This document shows positions 35,151-43,898 of a DNA stretch of 64,000 bases, one piece after another. The notes under the pieces were generated by a model. That model had not been told where the DNA came from. It was given only the letters and a program-made list of their open reading frames with translations, and made no database searches. Location of the stretch: assembly GCA_029262795.1 (NCBI GenBank), contig JAJCYT010000018.1, positions 103,982 to 167,981 on the forward strand, written 5' to 3'. This DNA is from Candidatus Fraserbacteria bacterium. GTDB lineage: Bacteria; Bipolaricaulota; Bipolaricaulia; RBG-16-55-9; JAJCYT01. Made by a program: the position numbers and the translations under genes. How positions within the stretch are numbered: the first letter of the stretch is position 1; every line of letters starts with the position of its first letter.

Positions 35151-37196
35151 TTAGTTGCCAGGCAAGCGAGACAGGGTCATGCCCAACCATTCAACTTCAA
35201 CCAGTTCGCTTGCATACAAACGGACTTCAACGTTTTCCAAACCAGGTGCTTCAACATTAAATTCAAGCGGAATCTCAACGGTTTCCTCGATCAGCATGGC
35301 GTCGGTTACAGATTGCTCACTGAGCATGATTCTGCCATTGTCGCTTACCACATTCACCATCAAATCTGTGGCATTGCCACGGAGCATTTTCAATCTGGCA
35401 ACGGCCTGGTAGTCGCCTACTGTGAGTGCGAGATAGGGTCCATAAATCAACAGGTCCGTGCCGGCCACATGCAAATAATCCTGAACTTGATCAAAGTTGG
35501 AATTGACTGGTGACCTGAACAACCCTCCAGGATATTCTAAACTGTTGGCCGTGATGCGGTAGACGACATCTGTATCAAATTCAGCGAGCGGCTCAAAATC
35601 ATTGCTAGATCTCAAATATTGAATTTCTTCCGAAGACAGCCTGTCCTCATGAACCAGCACGGTGTCAATGCCCAGCCAATTGAGGCGGGCCGCCGTGGCT
35701 GGCCCATCGAGTCGCACCAGTTGTTTTTTCAATTGATTAAAAAAGCCTTCGGCAGGCCCGTTGAACAAAGGTTTCTGGTGGGTACGCTGTGCCAGGCGAT
35801 CCTGATAAAACTGCCACAAGTTCAGTTGACCAGCGTCATCAAAAGCGGGGATGTTGTTGAGCGGATACTCTGCAATGGCTCTGATGGTGGGCTGATCTTT
35901 CAACCACCCGTCAACAGGTGCAACAGCAGTTGCCACGCGCAGTGTGGTCAGGCCCAAGCCAAACTCAAATGCAATCACCAACACGACCAGCAGCGATACA
36001 GTCGCCCGAAGCCAGGGCTGCGGAAACTTTTGCAACGCATAATGCATTCCAAAGCCGGCAAGTGCCGCAATCGCCAATCCCACCAAAACGCCAAAGCGAC
36101 TCAGCGTTCTGACCAAAGGCAAGATTGAATAAAGGAAATTTGAGGGCATCGGCACATCAGCGCCAAACACATTGATCGTTGGGGGCAACGAAAACAGAAA
36201 TCCAGCCAATCCCAGCAACAGCAGAAAGCTTAAGTAAGGTTTGGATTTTTTCCACAAATAAACCACACCCAGCACAGCAAGCAACAGAGAAAAGTAACCT
36301 AAAAACAAGGCCTGTTCATGCCAAATACCTGATGGCAAATCCGCCAGCGCCTGCCGATACCCACTGTTCCCACTGAGATAGGGCATCACATAAGCCACGG
36401 GTTTTGCCGCGTATTGAAACAATTGCGAAAAGGGGCGCGCCTCCAACAGATCAACTTCCGAAGAACGGCCCGCCACATCCAGATAAAGCGGCAACGTCAC
36501 CACAACAAACAACGCCAAAACGCCTATCCCTTGCCACACAGCAAACTTGGAGCGACGCCTGATGCAATACACGAAGAAGTAAATAAAAGCAATCAGAACC
36601 GCAAACACACCATAGTGCGGGTTGATGTAGGCACAAGCCGCCAACGCCAACGTCAGCCACGCAAACGATTTCCAGGAGCGGCGTTGCTCAAATGCATAGA
36701 GCGCCAGCAGTAACAATGGAAAAACTTCGATGCGCATCAAGCTGAAGTGATAGGCACTCATGGCCAGGTGGTAAGGCAATGCCATTAACACAAATCCGCC
36801 GATGATGGGACCCGCCCAACTTTGGGTGAATTTTCTGAGCAACAAAAACATCAGCCAGCCGGACAGGAAAAAGCTCAGAATCACCGTCAGATTAAACGCC
36901 ACAACCTCATTGCTGATAAAGGCCAACAGCAACGTCGGCCCCAAGGACAGCCAGTCCGTAGAGCGAAACTCAAGCACGGTACCTACCGGATAATTCAAAA
37001 GCGGGTCAGCCGTTGGCGCACCATGGGTCCAATACCACAAATACCAGATGGTCGATAAATTGTCCGAACGTTCTCCATAAATGCTGCTCGACAATTCAAA
37101 CACAAGTGGCTGGGTAACCAGCAGCGCCAAGAAGAAAAACACAAGGGCACTAAACCACATCGGATGACGCTGCACAAAGGCTATAAATTTTTTCAT
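35151..37196 (-). CDS. large polytopic membrane protein with C-terminal extracytoplasmic domain (GT-C-fold glycosyltransferase candidate)
   Basis: 681 aa. About 12 hydrophobic segments fill the first ~430 aa, followed by a ~250-aa soluble tail. The operon context includes ManC and a polyprenyl-phosphate GT2. I did not positively recognise a family. Confidence 0.45.
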   Translation of the reverse strand: MKKFIAFVQRHPMWFSALVFFFLALLVTQPLVFELSSSIYGERSDNLSTIWYLWYWTHGAPTADPLLNYPVGTVLEFRSTDWLSLGPTLLLAFISNEVVAFNLTVILSFFLSGWLMFLLLRKFTQSWAGPIIGGFVLMALPYHLAMSAYHFSLMRIEVFPLLLLALYAFEQRRSWKSFAWLTLALAACAYINPHYGVFAVLIAFIYFFVYCIRRRSKFAVWQGIGVLALFVVVTLPLYLDVAGRSSEVDLLEARPFSQLFQYAAKPVAYVMPYLSGNSGYRQALADLPSGIWHEQALFLGYFSLLLAVLGVVYLWKKSKPYLSFLLLLGLAGFLFSLPPTINVFGADVPMPSNFLYSILPLVRTLSRFGVLVGLAIAALAGFGMHYALQKFPQPWLRATVSLLVVLVIAFEFGLGLTTLRVATAVAPVDGWLKDQPTIRAIAEYPLNNIPAFDDAGQLNLWQFYQDRLAQRTHQKPLFNGPAEGFFNQLKKQLVRLDGPATAARLNWLGIDTVLVHEDRLSSEEIQYLRSSNDFEPLAEFDTDVVYRITANSLEYPGGLFRSPVNSNFDQVQDYLHVAGTDLLIYGPYLALTVGDYQAVARLKMLRGNATDLMVNVVSDNGRIMLSEQSVTDAMLIEETVEIPLEFNVEAPGLENVEVRLYASELVEVEWLGMTLSRLPGN

Positions 37197-37807
37197 GATG
37201 TCGAATGAATCATGTGTTTCTCTTTCAAAGTTTGCTGCGCTTGCGCCAAAACAGCGTCTGCCGTTGCGTGGGCATCAAGCGGTTGCAGTTGCACGTTGCT
37301 GGCTTCGAGTTGCTGATTCAAATTTTGATACAGTTTGAACCAATCTTGATAGACATTCAACGGATGTTCAAACGATTTTCGCTTTTGCAATTCCTCCGGC
37401 TCAGCTTGAAGCCAGAACACCACATCGGCCACGGGGGGAGATTGCAACAATTTTTTTGCCAGCCCAGGATGACCACGCAATTCAAAATACGTGACCAGGT
37501 CGTAAAGGTAGCGATCACAAAGAATGACATCATATTTGCGCGACAGGCGTGGCAAGGCCCAGTATTGCATCCAGCGAACAATCATTAACAGACCAAATGC
37601 TTTCCAGCCGGGCAACTTCGACAACCCCGCGCTTTTGCCGCCAGAAGATGCGGACTTGGAAAAACTGGGCAGGGCTGGCAAAGACGGCCAAAAGTGCATG
37701 GATGTGGTTTGATAGCCTTCCTGCTTGAAAAAATTGGACAAGCTGGCTGTGAGTGTGGTTTTACCACTGCCGTCCAGCCCGATGATGCCGATTAATTTTG
37801 CTTTCAT
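37193..37807 (-). CDS. P-loop kinase, thymidylate-kinase-like fold
   Basis: Walker A IGIIGLDGSGKTTL. Start MKAKLIG at 37807, directly after the upstream stop; the track start at 37840 would overlap the upstream gene. Its stop overlaps the next gene's start. Confidence 0.55.
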   Translation of the reverse strand: MKAKLIGIIGLDGSGKTTLTASLSNFFKQEGYQTTSMHFWPSLPALPSFSKSASSGGKSAGLSKLPGWKAFGLLMIVRWMQYWALPRLSRKYDVILCDRYLYDLVTYFELRGHPGLAKKLLQSPPVADVVFWLQAEPEELQKRKSFEHPLNVYQDWFKLYQNLNQQLEASNVQLQPLDAHATADAVLAQAQQTLKEKHMIHSTS

Positions 37808-37808
37808 G

Positions 37809-38585
37809 TTAGCCTCGAATAATGCGCAGTCGTTTGGCAACGTGAATCATGCCGTAGGCATAGACACACATGGCAAGGTTTTTCCAGCGCCCTTTTTTCA
37901 GGTCTTCAGAAATTTTCAGGCCAAACGCTTTAAGCATGGTGCTTTCGGAATAATGTTTCAATTCCTGACGCATGTGCTTGGGGTCATCCATCGCCTCCAG
38001 GTGTCCGTGTGTTTGTGCCCATGCGGGCAAATCGGTTTCGATCAAATCGACCACCCACTCAGCTGTTTTGCCATCCATTAACATTCTCATCTTGTTCACA
38101 TCAATGCGGTTTTGCAGATCACAAATTTGTAAATAATCACCAAAATTAATGGATTCTTCTTCAAAAAAGCCGTGCAGAATATAAATAAGATAATCATCTT
38201 CAGGGCAGGGAATTGGCACTTGAAGCCCTTCCCACGCTACCGACTGGCCGCGTTTTACAATGTTTGCAGCATCCATATAGGAAACGGTGTACCAGGAAAT
38301 GGATGAGTACAAATGGATTGCTGGCAATGGATCATCTTCAGGTGGCATCAGCATGGCTTTGTCGAACTCGAAGGTGAACACCGATTTAAACCCCTCGGCC
38401 TCAAAATGCCCTTTCACTTTCTTAAATTCACTTGGATCAGGCAGCAGAATGTCCAGGTTGGAATCCGCATAGCGATAGCATTTTACGGTTTTAATCAACA
38501 CATATTTGACATCAAGCTGTGCCAACACAGGCAGTATCTGTGCGACACGCGCCTGGAAATTTTCAAACGTAATTTTCTTGCTCAC
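37809..38585 (-). CDS. hypothetical protein, possibly nucleotidyltransferase-fold (NTP_transf_5-like)
   Basis: 258 aa. KYVLIKTVKCYRYADSNLDILLPD resembles the G-x-D-hDhLh pattern of uncharacterised nucleotidyltransferases. It shares 4-nt overlaps with neighbouring genes. Confidence 0.4.
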   Translation of the reverse strand: MSKKITFENFQARVAQILPVLAQLDVKYVLIKTVKCYRYADSNLDILLPDPSEFKKVKGHFEAEGFKSVFTFEFDKAMLMPPEDDPLPAIHLYSSISWYTVSYMDAANIVKRGQSVAWEGLQVPIPCPEDDYLIYILHGFFEEESINFGDYLQICDLQNRIDVNKMRMLMDGKTAEWVVDLIETDLPAWAQTHGHLEAMDDPKHMRQELKHYSESTMLKAFGLKISEDLKKGRWKNLAMCVYAYGMIHVAKRLRIIRG

Positions 38586-39772
38586 AATGACCTTCCTGCA
38601 AGTTCGACTGCTTGTTGATAAAACTGATGGGTCGATGCGGCAATTTTGTCCCAGTCATACGCTTTCAAAATTCTTTCCCTGCCATTTTGACCCATCCGTT
38701 TTGCATCTTCGGGTTTTTCCAACATATGAATGATGTGCCTTGCCAATGTGTCTGGTCGATTGGGTGGGGCAAGCAACCCATGTTCTTTGTGTTCAATCAA
38801 ATCATTCACCACATCCAGCGTGGTCGAAATCGACGGCCTGCCCACCGCCATGGCTTCCACCAGCGTCAGGGGTTGAGCCGGCAGCGCCATCGGCGTTAAA
38901 AACGGCAACACCACCACGTGAGACACCGCCAGATAATCGGCAATGTCGCCTCTGGTCTTCACTTCGTGATAAATAAATGGTTTCAGTGGATGCTGATTCA
39001 CTTTTTCAGTGACGCGATCCGTAGACACATCTGCACGGACCAGCAACACCAAGCGCGCATTCGGCACCGCTTGGTGCACCCGTGTGAACGCCTGCAAAAG
39101 CGTCCCGATGCCGCGAATCAACTGTGCTTTGCCAAAAAAGAGAATCAATTTTTCATCGGCACCAAATCCCAAATCTTCAGGGTTCAACTGCTTTGGCGTG
39201 AATTGATCGACATCTACGCCTGATGGCAAATGATAAACCGGACAATCCAATTGCGCCTGAAGCGTTTGCTGCATTGCCTTGGTGGGCACAGACAGACCAA
39301 AGGCATTTCTGCGCCTGATCTTTTTCGCTATCTTTTTGAACGACAGGTTAACATTCATCAAGTGACCTGGCCCCCATAACTTTTTGCGTTCCTGAACAAA
39401 ATTTTTCAGGCCCACATGGCGATAATCCTGCCACATCAGTTTGCCTGCATGGAGTGAAAATATTTTTGGCACGTCAAAATTTTTGGTCAGCAGCAATGTT
39501 CCAGGGCCACCATGATGGTCGAGCAGGTCAGGTTGGACCTCGTCTAAAATAGTTTGTATTTTTTCTTTTTCCGTATGTGTGAATAAATAAGGGTGACCGC
39601 CGACCACATGCACGTTAATTCCTGGATACTCAGGCACTGTTTCCAACAACTTGGAAGTGATGATGTCAAACTGATACCCGTGTTGTTGCGCCAAGCGTTT
39701 GCTGACTTCCAGAATATGTTTGGTGAACCCGCTGTGCGGATCCAGCCATTCTTTACAAATTGCGATTCTCAC
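38582..39772 (-). CDS. glycosyltransferase family 4 (GT-B, group 1)
   Basis: 396 aa. The C-terminal Glycos_transf_1 pattern is LILFFGKAQLIRGIGTLLQAF...VVVLPF...QPLTLVEAMAVGRPSISTTL. GTG start in a GTGA overlap. Confidence 0.8.
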   Translation of the reverse strand: MRIAICKEWLDPHSGFTKHILEVSKRLAQQHGYQFDIITSKLLETVPEYPGINVHVVGGHPYLFTHTEKEKIQTILDEVQPDLLDHHGGPGTLLLTKNFDVPKIFSLHAGKLMWQDYRHVGLKNFVQERKKLWGPGHLMNVNLSFKKIAKKIRRRNAFGLSVPTKAMQQTLQAQLDCPVYHLPSGVDVDQFTPKQLNPEDLGFGADEKLILFFGKAQLIRGIGTLLQAFTRVHQAVPNARLVLLVRADVSTDRVTEKVNQHPLKPFIYHEVKTRGDIADYLAVSHVVVLPFLTPMALPAQPLTLVEAMAVGRPSISTTLDVVNDLIEHKEHGLLAPPNRPDTLARHIIHMLEKPEDAKRMGQNGRERILKAYDWDKIAASTHQFYQQAVELAGRSL

Positions 39773-42438
39773 TGTCCCTCTCCCCGCTGAATGAACAATT
39801 GTAAATCATTCTCCGGGATGCGTCCATCCAACACGTACAAACTGCCCACCATCCAGTTTCGCCAGGGGCGCGCCTGTTGTCCATTGGCCTCAAGCCAGCG
39901 CTGCTGCCAATAATGCTTGCCGCGATACCCCAGCAAAGACAGTGTGCTGGATGCTGCCTGCGCCTCAGCACGTTCGATGGCGTCGGTCAATTCATCAATC
40001 GATTTTGCCAGCGTCAGCCCCTGATAATTTTCAAACACGTTTTGAACTGCCACCCATTCGGAAGTTTCAATCGCATAAGCCATGTTGAGGATCACCGGCG
40101 CATTGGAAAGCGTTTCGATCTCAATCTGGTGTGTTCCGGCTGAAAGAAAAAGTTCTTCAACAGGCAAAAATTGGTAGTCGGTGGAAGGTTCAAAAAACAA
40201 GTCCGTCTCATACACGTCATCCAGCCTCAATGAAAGATGGCTGCCCTGTGCGGCCATGCCACGCAGAAACAAGGTATAAACGCCCGAATTCTTGATGATG
40301 AAATGAAAAGCCTGTGTCACATTTTCCTCTGAGGTTGCCACCAAGCGATGGTTAAAGGCACCATCAATGCCAAATCGTTGGTAGTCCTGTTTAAAGCGGG
40401 AAAAATTGTTCACACTCACATTGAGCCAGGCATGGTCGCGCCACTTCAACGAATTTTCATTGCGCTCCAATAAAGGATAGGCCACCACACCCGTGCTGCG
40501 TGCCAGCAGATTTAACAGAAACTGATCTCGCCCTGACGGTGAAAATGCAATCACCTTTTGCTCCAACCGTTCCACCCAATTAGAAAACGTCTGCCAATCC
40601 AAGTCGCCTTCGTCCGCGCGAATTAAACCGACACGATTCAAATCAATGTCTGAATCAATGAGCTGTTGAATTGAATCCAGCGATCCATCAAACGCTATCA
40701 CGCCATCTAAAGGGGTGAACTCATTGGGCTTCCAACTCAGGTTTTCATACAGGTAGACATTATCCTGCTGAAAGATAAGTTCTAAATCTGTTTGTAATTC
40801 CAGCGCCTGCCTTGTTTTAACAAACTCATCTTCGGGTTTCGGGTTTTCCACATCGTCATGGAAGAACAGATAACGAAACCCTGCAAAGTTTAAGTATCTA
40901 CCAAGGTGTGTGGTTTTTTGCTGATAGAGCAGCTCAAAATATAAATAACCCAAATATTCCTGGTTGGGTAATGGCGCGCCGGTAGAGCCTTCCATGGAAG
41001 GGCCACCGTGTAACAACGCAAAAGCCTCATCGGGCGTTTTCTTCAAATTGTTCCAACTCAGCGGACGTGCGCCGCCCATAATCGGCAGATACAACACCTT
41101 TTCTTGATGCACCAATTCAAGCGCATTCTCATACGCATCAGGCAAGGGCATCGGACGCAGCACACCACCGAGGTCGCCATAAAACACAGGCTGAAACGCA
41201 GGGTGCGCCACAAAAGGAAACAGCCACATCACCACCGCCACAGCACCTGCCGCCATGGACCAGTCTTGCCAGCGCTGTTTGAATCGACTGAGTAGGAATG
41301 TCAATCCTAGTCCCGAAAGCGTTGCCAGCAACATTGCGCCCAACAACAACCAGCGGTACGGATTGCGCAACACCGCCAGCAGCCCATTGATCAGTGAAGC
41401 CAAAAACCCCTCTCCTTCAGCAAGCGCCAGGAAAAAGCTGTATACCGAAATGGAATGATGAATGCCCGAGCCCATCATAATGGCAATGGCCCACAACAGG
41501 CCAAAGCTGAGCAGCAGCCAGTGCGCGCGAAAACGCCACAACGCAATCACTGCCAGCAGCGCAAACAGGCCAAACAGCGCCGTCTCAATGGGATAGCGGG
41601 AAAACAGTTGATCGGCAAACACATATTGACCAGTGGGTGAAGCGTGGGTTTCAGGCAGCGACAATCCCATCGGCAACAGGATGCGTTCAAAAAACGGCCC
41701 AGACCAGGAGCGTACCAAATTGAGATTTAAAGGCACAGACCCCATCGCAGCCGAGATGATGCCCTGGTTGCTGACCCAAACCCAATAGCCGTATGGAACC
41801 AGTCCAAAAACAGCCACCACACTCCAGACTTTAAGCCCGATCCAGCGATGCTGAATGAAAGACACCAGCATCATCAGCGTGATGGCACCAAACCCAAGAA
41901 TCACCATGTGGATGGCTGGATTGATGAGCAAAAAACCCACCCCTGCCAACGCCCACAACCACCATTTACTCTGGGCTTTAATGCTGTTAAGAAAACACAC
42001 AAACAGCCAGGGAAGCAAAGCGGCTCCCAAAAATAACGAATAGAACTGGTGTGACTTGGCCGAGAACAAAATGGCCATAAAAAAGAACCCCGAGGCAATG
42101 GCCGCCAGCGTGCTTTCGTTGCGAACTCTCACTTCCCGTTGCACAAGCATGGACAGAAAATACACCCCGACACCCGCCAAGGTGCAGATAAACCATAGAC
42201 TTAATGGAATGATGGGCGCGTATCGAAACAGCGTGCCAAAGATAGAATAGCGCCCTCGCACTTCGGGCCACTGATAGTAGTTATTCCAGGCCTGGGTCAC
42301 AAAATCGATGGTCTGATTGGCGTGAAGGTGGGGGATAAGATCGTCAAAGGCAAGGATGCCCGGTGTAAACAAAACGTCTCTCACCATGATGAAAGACAGC
42401 AATACCAACACACTCACAGCAATCAGGTGTTTTTTCAT
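39769..42438 (-). CDS. very large polytopic membrane protein with ~450-aa C-terminal extracytoplasmic domain (GT-C / YfhO-like candidate)
   Basis: About 890 aa. Many hydrophobic segments fill the first ~430 aa. Start MKKHLIAVSV at 42438, with a GGAGG RBS and an ATGA overlap with the upstream stop. Confidence 0.45.
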   Translation of the reverse strand: MKKHLIAVSVLVLLSFIMVRDVLFTPGILAFDDLIPHLHANQTIDFVTQAWNNYYQWPEVRGRYSIFGTLFRYAPIIPLSLWFICTLAGVGVYFLSMLVQREVRVRNESTLAAIASGFFFMAILFSAKSHQFYSLFLGAALLPWLFVCFLNSIKAQSKWWLWALAGVGFLLINPAIHMVILGFGAITLMMLVSFIQHRWIGLKVWSVVAVFGLVPYGYWVWVSNQGIISAAMGSVPLNLNLVRSWSGPFFERILLPMGLSLPETHASPTGQYVFADQLFSRYPIETALFGLFALLAVIALWRFRAHWLLLSFGLLWAIAIMMGSGIHHSISVYSFFLALAEGEGFLASLINGLLAVLRNPYRWLLLGAMLLATLSGLGLTFLLSRFKQRWQDWSMAAGAVAVVMWLFPFVAHPAFQPVFYGDLGGVLRPMPLPDAYENALELVHQEKVLYLPIMGGARPLSWNNLKKTPDEAFALLHGGPSMEGSTGAPLPNQEYLGYLYFELLYQQKTTHLGRYLNFAGFRYLFFHDDVENPKPEDEFVKTRQALELQTDLELIFQQDNVYLYENLSWKPNEFTPLDGVIAFDGSLDSIQQLIDSDIDLNRVGLIRADEGDLDWQTFSNWVERLEQKVIAFSPSGRDQFLLNLLARSTGVVAYPLLERNENSLKWRDHAWLNVSVNNFSRFKQDYQRFGIDGAFNHRLVATSEENVTQAFHFIIKNSGVYTLFLRGMAAQGSHLSLRLDDVYETDLFFEPSTDYQFLPVEELFLSAGTHQIEIETLSNAPVILNMAYAIETSEWVAVQNVFENYQGLTLAKSIDELTDAIERAEAQAASSTLSLLGYRGKHYWQQRWLEANGQQARPWRNWMVGSLYVLDGRIPENDLQLFIQRGEGQ

Positions 42439-43898
42439 TGGTTCGCCTCCAACGGAAAAATCCACTCGCGGTGCAGGGTTTTTTGCTGGTCTTCATCTTC
42501 AGCAAAGGCCAGCAGCCGAATCAACTGTGGCGCTGGTAATCGTGAGAGATTGATTTGAAATGTCAGCGTTCGCTCCACCTGCCCGCCTCTGGGCTGCACA
42601 GAAACCACAGCGGCAGGGTTCAAGGACTCAAGCCATTGGCCCCGCCACGGACTGTGAAGCAAAATCATGCCCAAATCACGCACCAGCACATCGGCTTGAG
42701 GTGGCGCACTGGACATGGCCAACCACCCTCCCTGCCCAGCTCGCAGGAAAAACGGATTGTACAAATGCAAATCCTGTTCAATCACTTCCTTAGGACCTTG
42801 CGTGAATCGATTAAACAATTCCTGATATCCGTAAAGCATTTGGACATCTTCCACCAGTTCACGAATCCCGCCATACTGCCCCTGATACCGCCCTTGAAGC
42901 AGCGCCACACTGGCTGATGACATTTGTGTGGGCCGCGCGGACACAGACCACCATGTGTTCAGTTTGCCCGTAAAAGCCACCCCTGGAGGCACCGTGGCCA
43001 GTGACTGTACCCGACCATCATTGAGCAATACATTTCGCAATGGATGGGTTGAAATGGGCGTGATCAGGACCAAACCTTTTTCCAGCCATTGCTTTAAATG
43101 CTCCATGCCCGTTTGGCTGGCTTGTGGGTTTTGCAATAAGGCCACTGGCAAGGTGTCCTCGGTGATGCCTGCTTCCCCAACCAGGCTGGTCATCATAATC
43201 AACACCGCCGGCGCTTGTGTTTGTGCCAAGGCTTGAAGCTGATTTCTATTCACAGTTTCTACATTCAGTTCAGGCACCAATCGTTGCAACCACCGTTTCA
43301 GTGCGCTGAGAAAATTTTTTGATCTGTCGCTGAGCACCTCATCTTCAAACACATAAATGGGCATAGATTCAGATTGATAGCTATAAAACGGTTCAGCCAA
43401 AAACGTGAGGTTGTCGTACCCGACGCTGTTTAAGTGAAATTGCATTTTCAGTTGGGCATCCACAGTCGAAATATCGATGTTGGACAGTTCGAGTTTTTTT
43501 TCGATGGCGGGCGTTGAAAATTCAAATTGAACCTGGTGCCCCTGATTGATCTCAATGGTCATTTGGTGCAATTTCTCTGGCAGAAATGAATTGCGAATAT
43601 AAATGGTGCTGGCCTGATGTGGATCGAGGTTGAGCTGATCTGCAGACCAGGTGAGGTGAGGTTGTTCATCAACGTTTATCTGATTGAGTTGGATAGGTTT
43701 TTCTCCAACATTCAACAGTTTTAGTTGCAACTGTCGGCCATCCTCGCTTAAAAAAAACTGCGCATCCTGGAGTATCAACTGCACGGAATGATCGACCTTT
43801 GAGACACTCAATGCTGCAAAAGCCGCGATGATCATCATAAACAGCCCGATACCAATGCTGGCCCAAATATCTAAAGCGGAAAAGGTTTTTCGGTTCAT
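42435..43898 (-). CDS. hypothetical N-terminally anchored extracytoplasmic protein
   Basis: A single TM (IWASIGIGLFMMIIAAFAAL) is followed by ~450 aa with no motif I recognise. Start MNRKTF at 43898, in an ATGA overlap with the upstream stop. Confidence 0.55.
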   Translation of the reverse strand: MNRKTFSALDIWASIGIGLFMMIIAAFAALSVSKVDHSVQLILQDAQFFLSEDGRQLQLKLLNVGEKPIQLNQINVDEQPHLTWSADQLNLDPHQASTIYIRNSFLPEKLHQMTIEINQGHQVQFEFSTPAIEKKLELSNIDISTVDAQLKMQFHLNSVGYDNLTFLAEPFYSYQSESMPIYVFEDEVLSDRSKNFLSALKRWLQRLVPELNVETVNRNQLQALAQTQAPAVLIMMTSLVGEAGITEDTLPVALLQNPQASQTGMEHLKQWLEKGLVLITPISTHPLRNVLLNDGRVQSLATVPPGVAFTGKLNTWWSVSARPTQMSSASVALLQGRYQGQYGGIRELVEDVQMLYGYQELFNRFTQGPKEVIEQDLHLYNPFFLRAGQGGWLAMSSAPPQADVLVRDLGMILLHSPWRGQWLESLNPAAVVSVQPRGGQVERTLTFQINLSRLPAPQLIRLLAFAEDEDQQKTLHREWIFPLEANQ

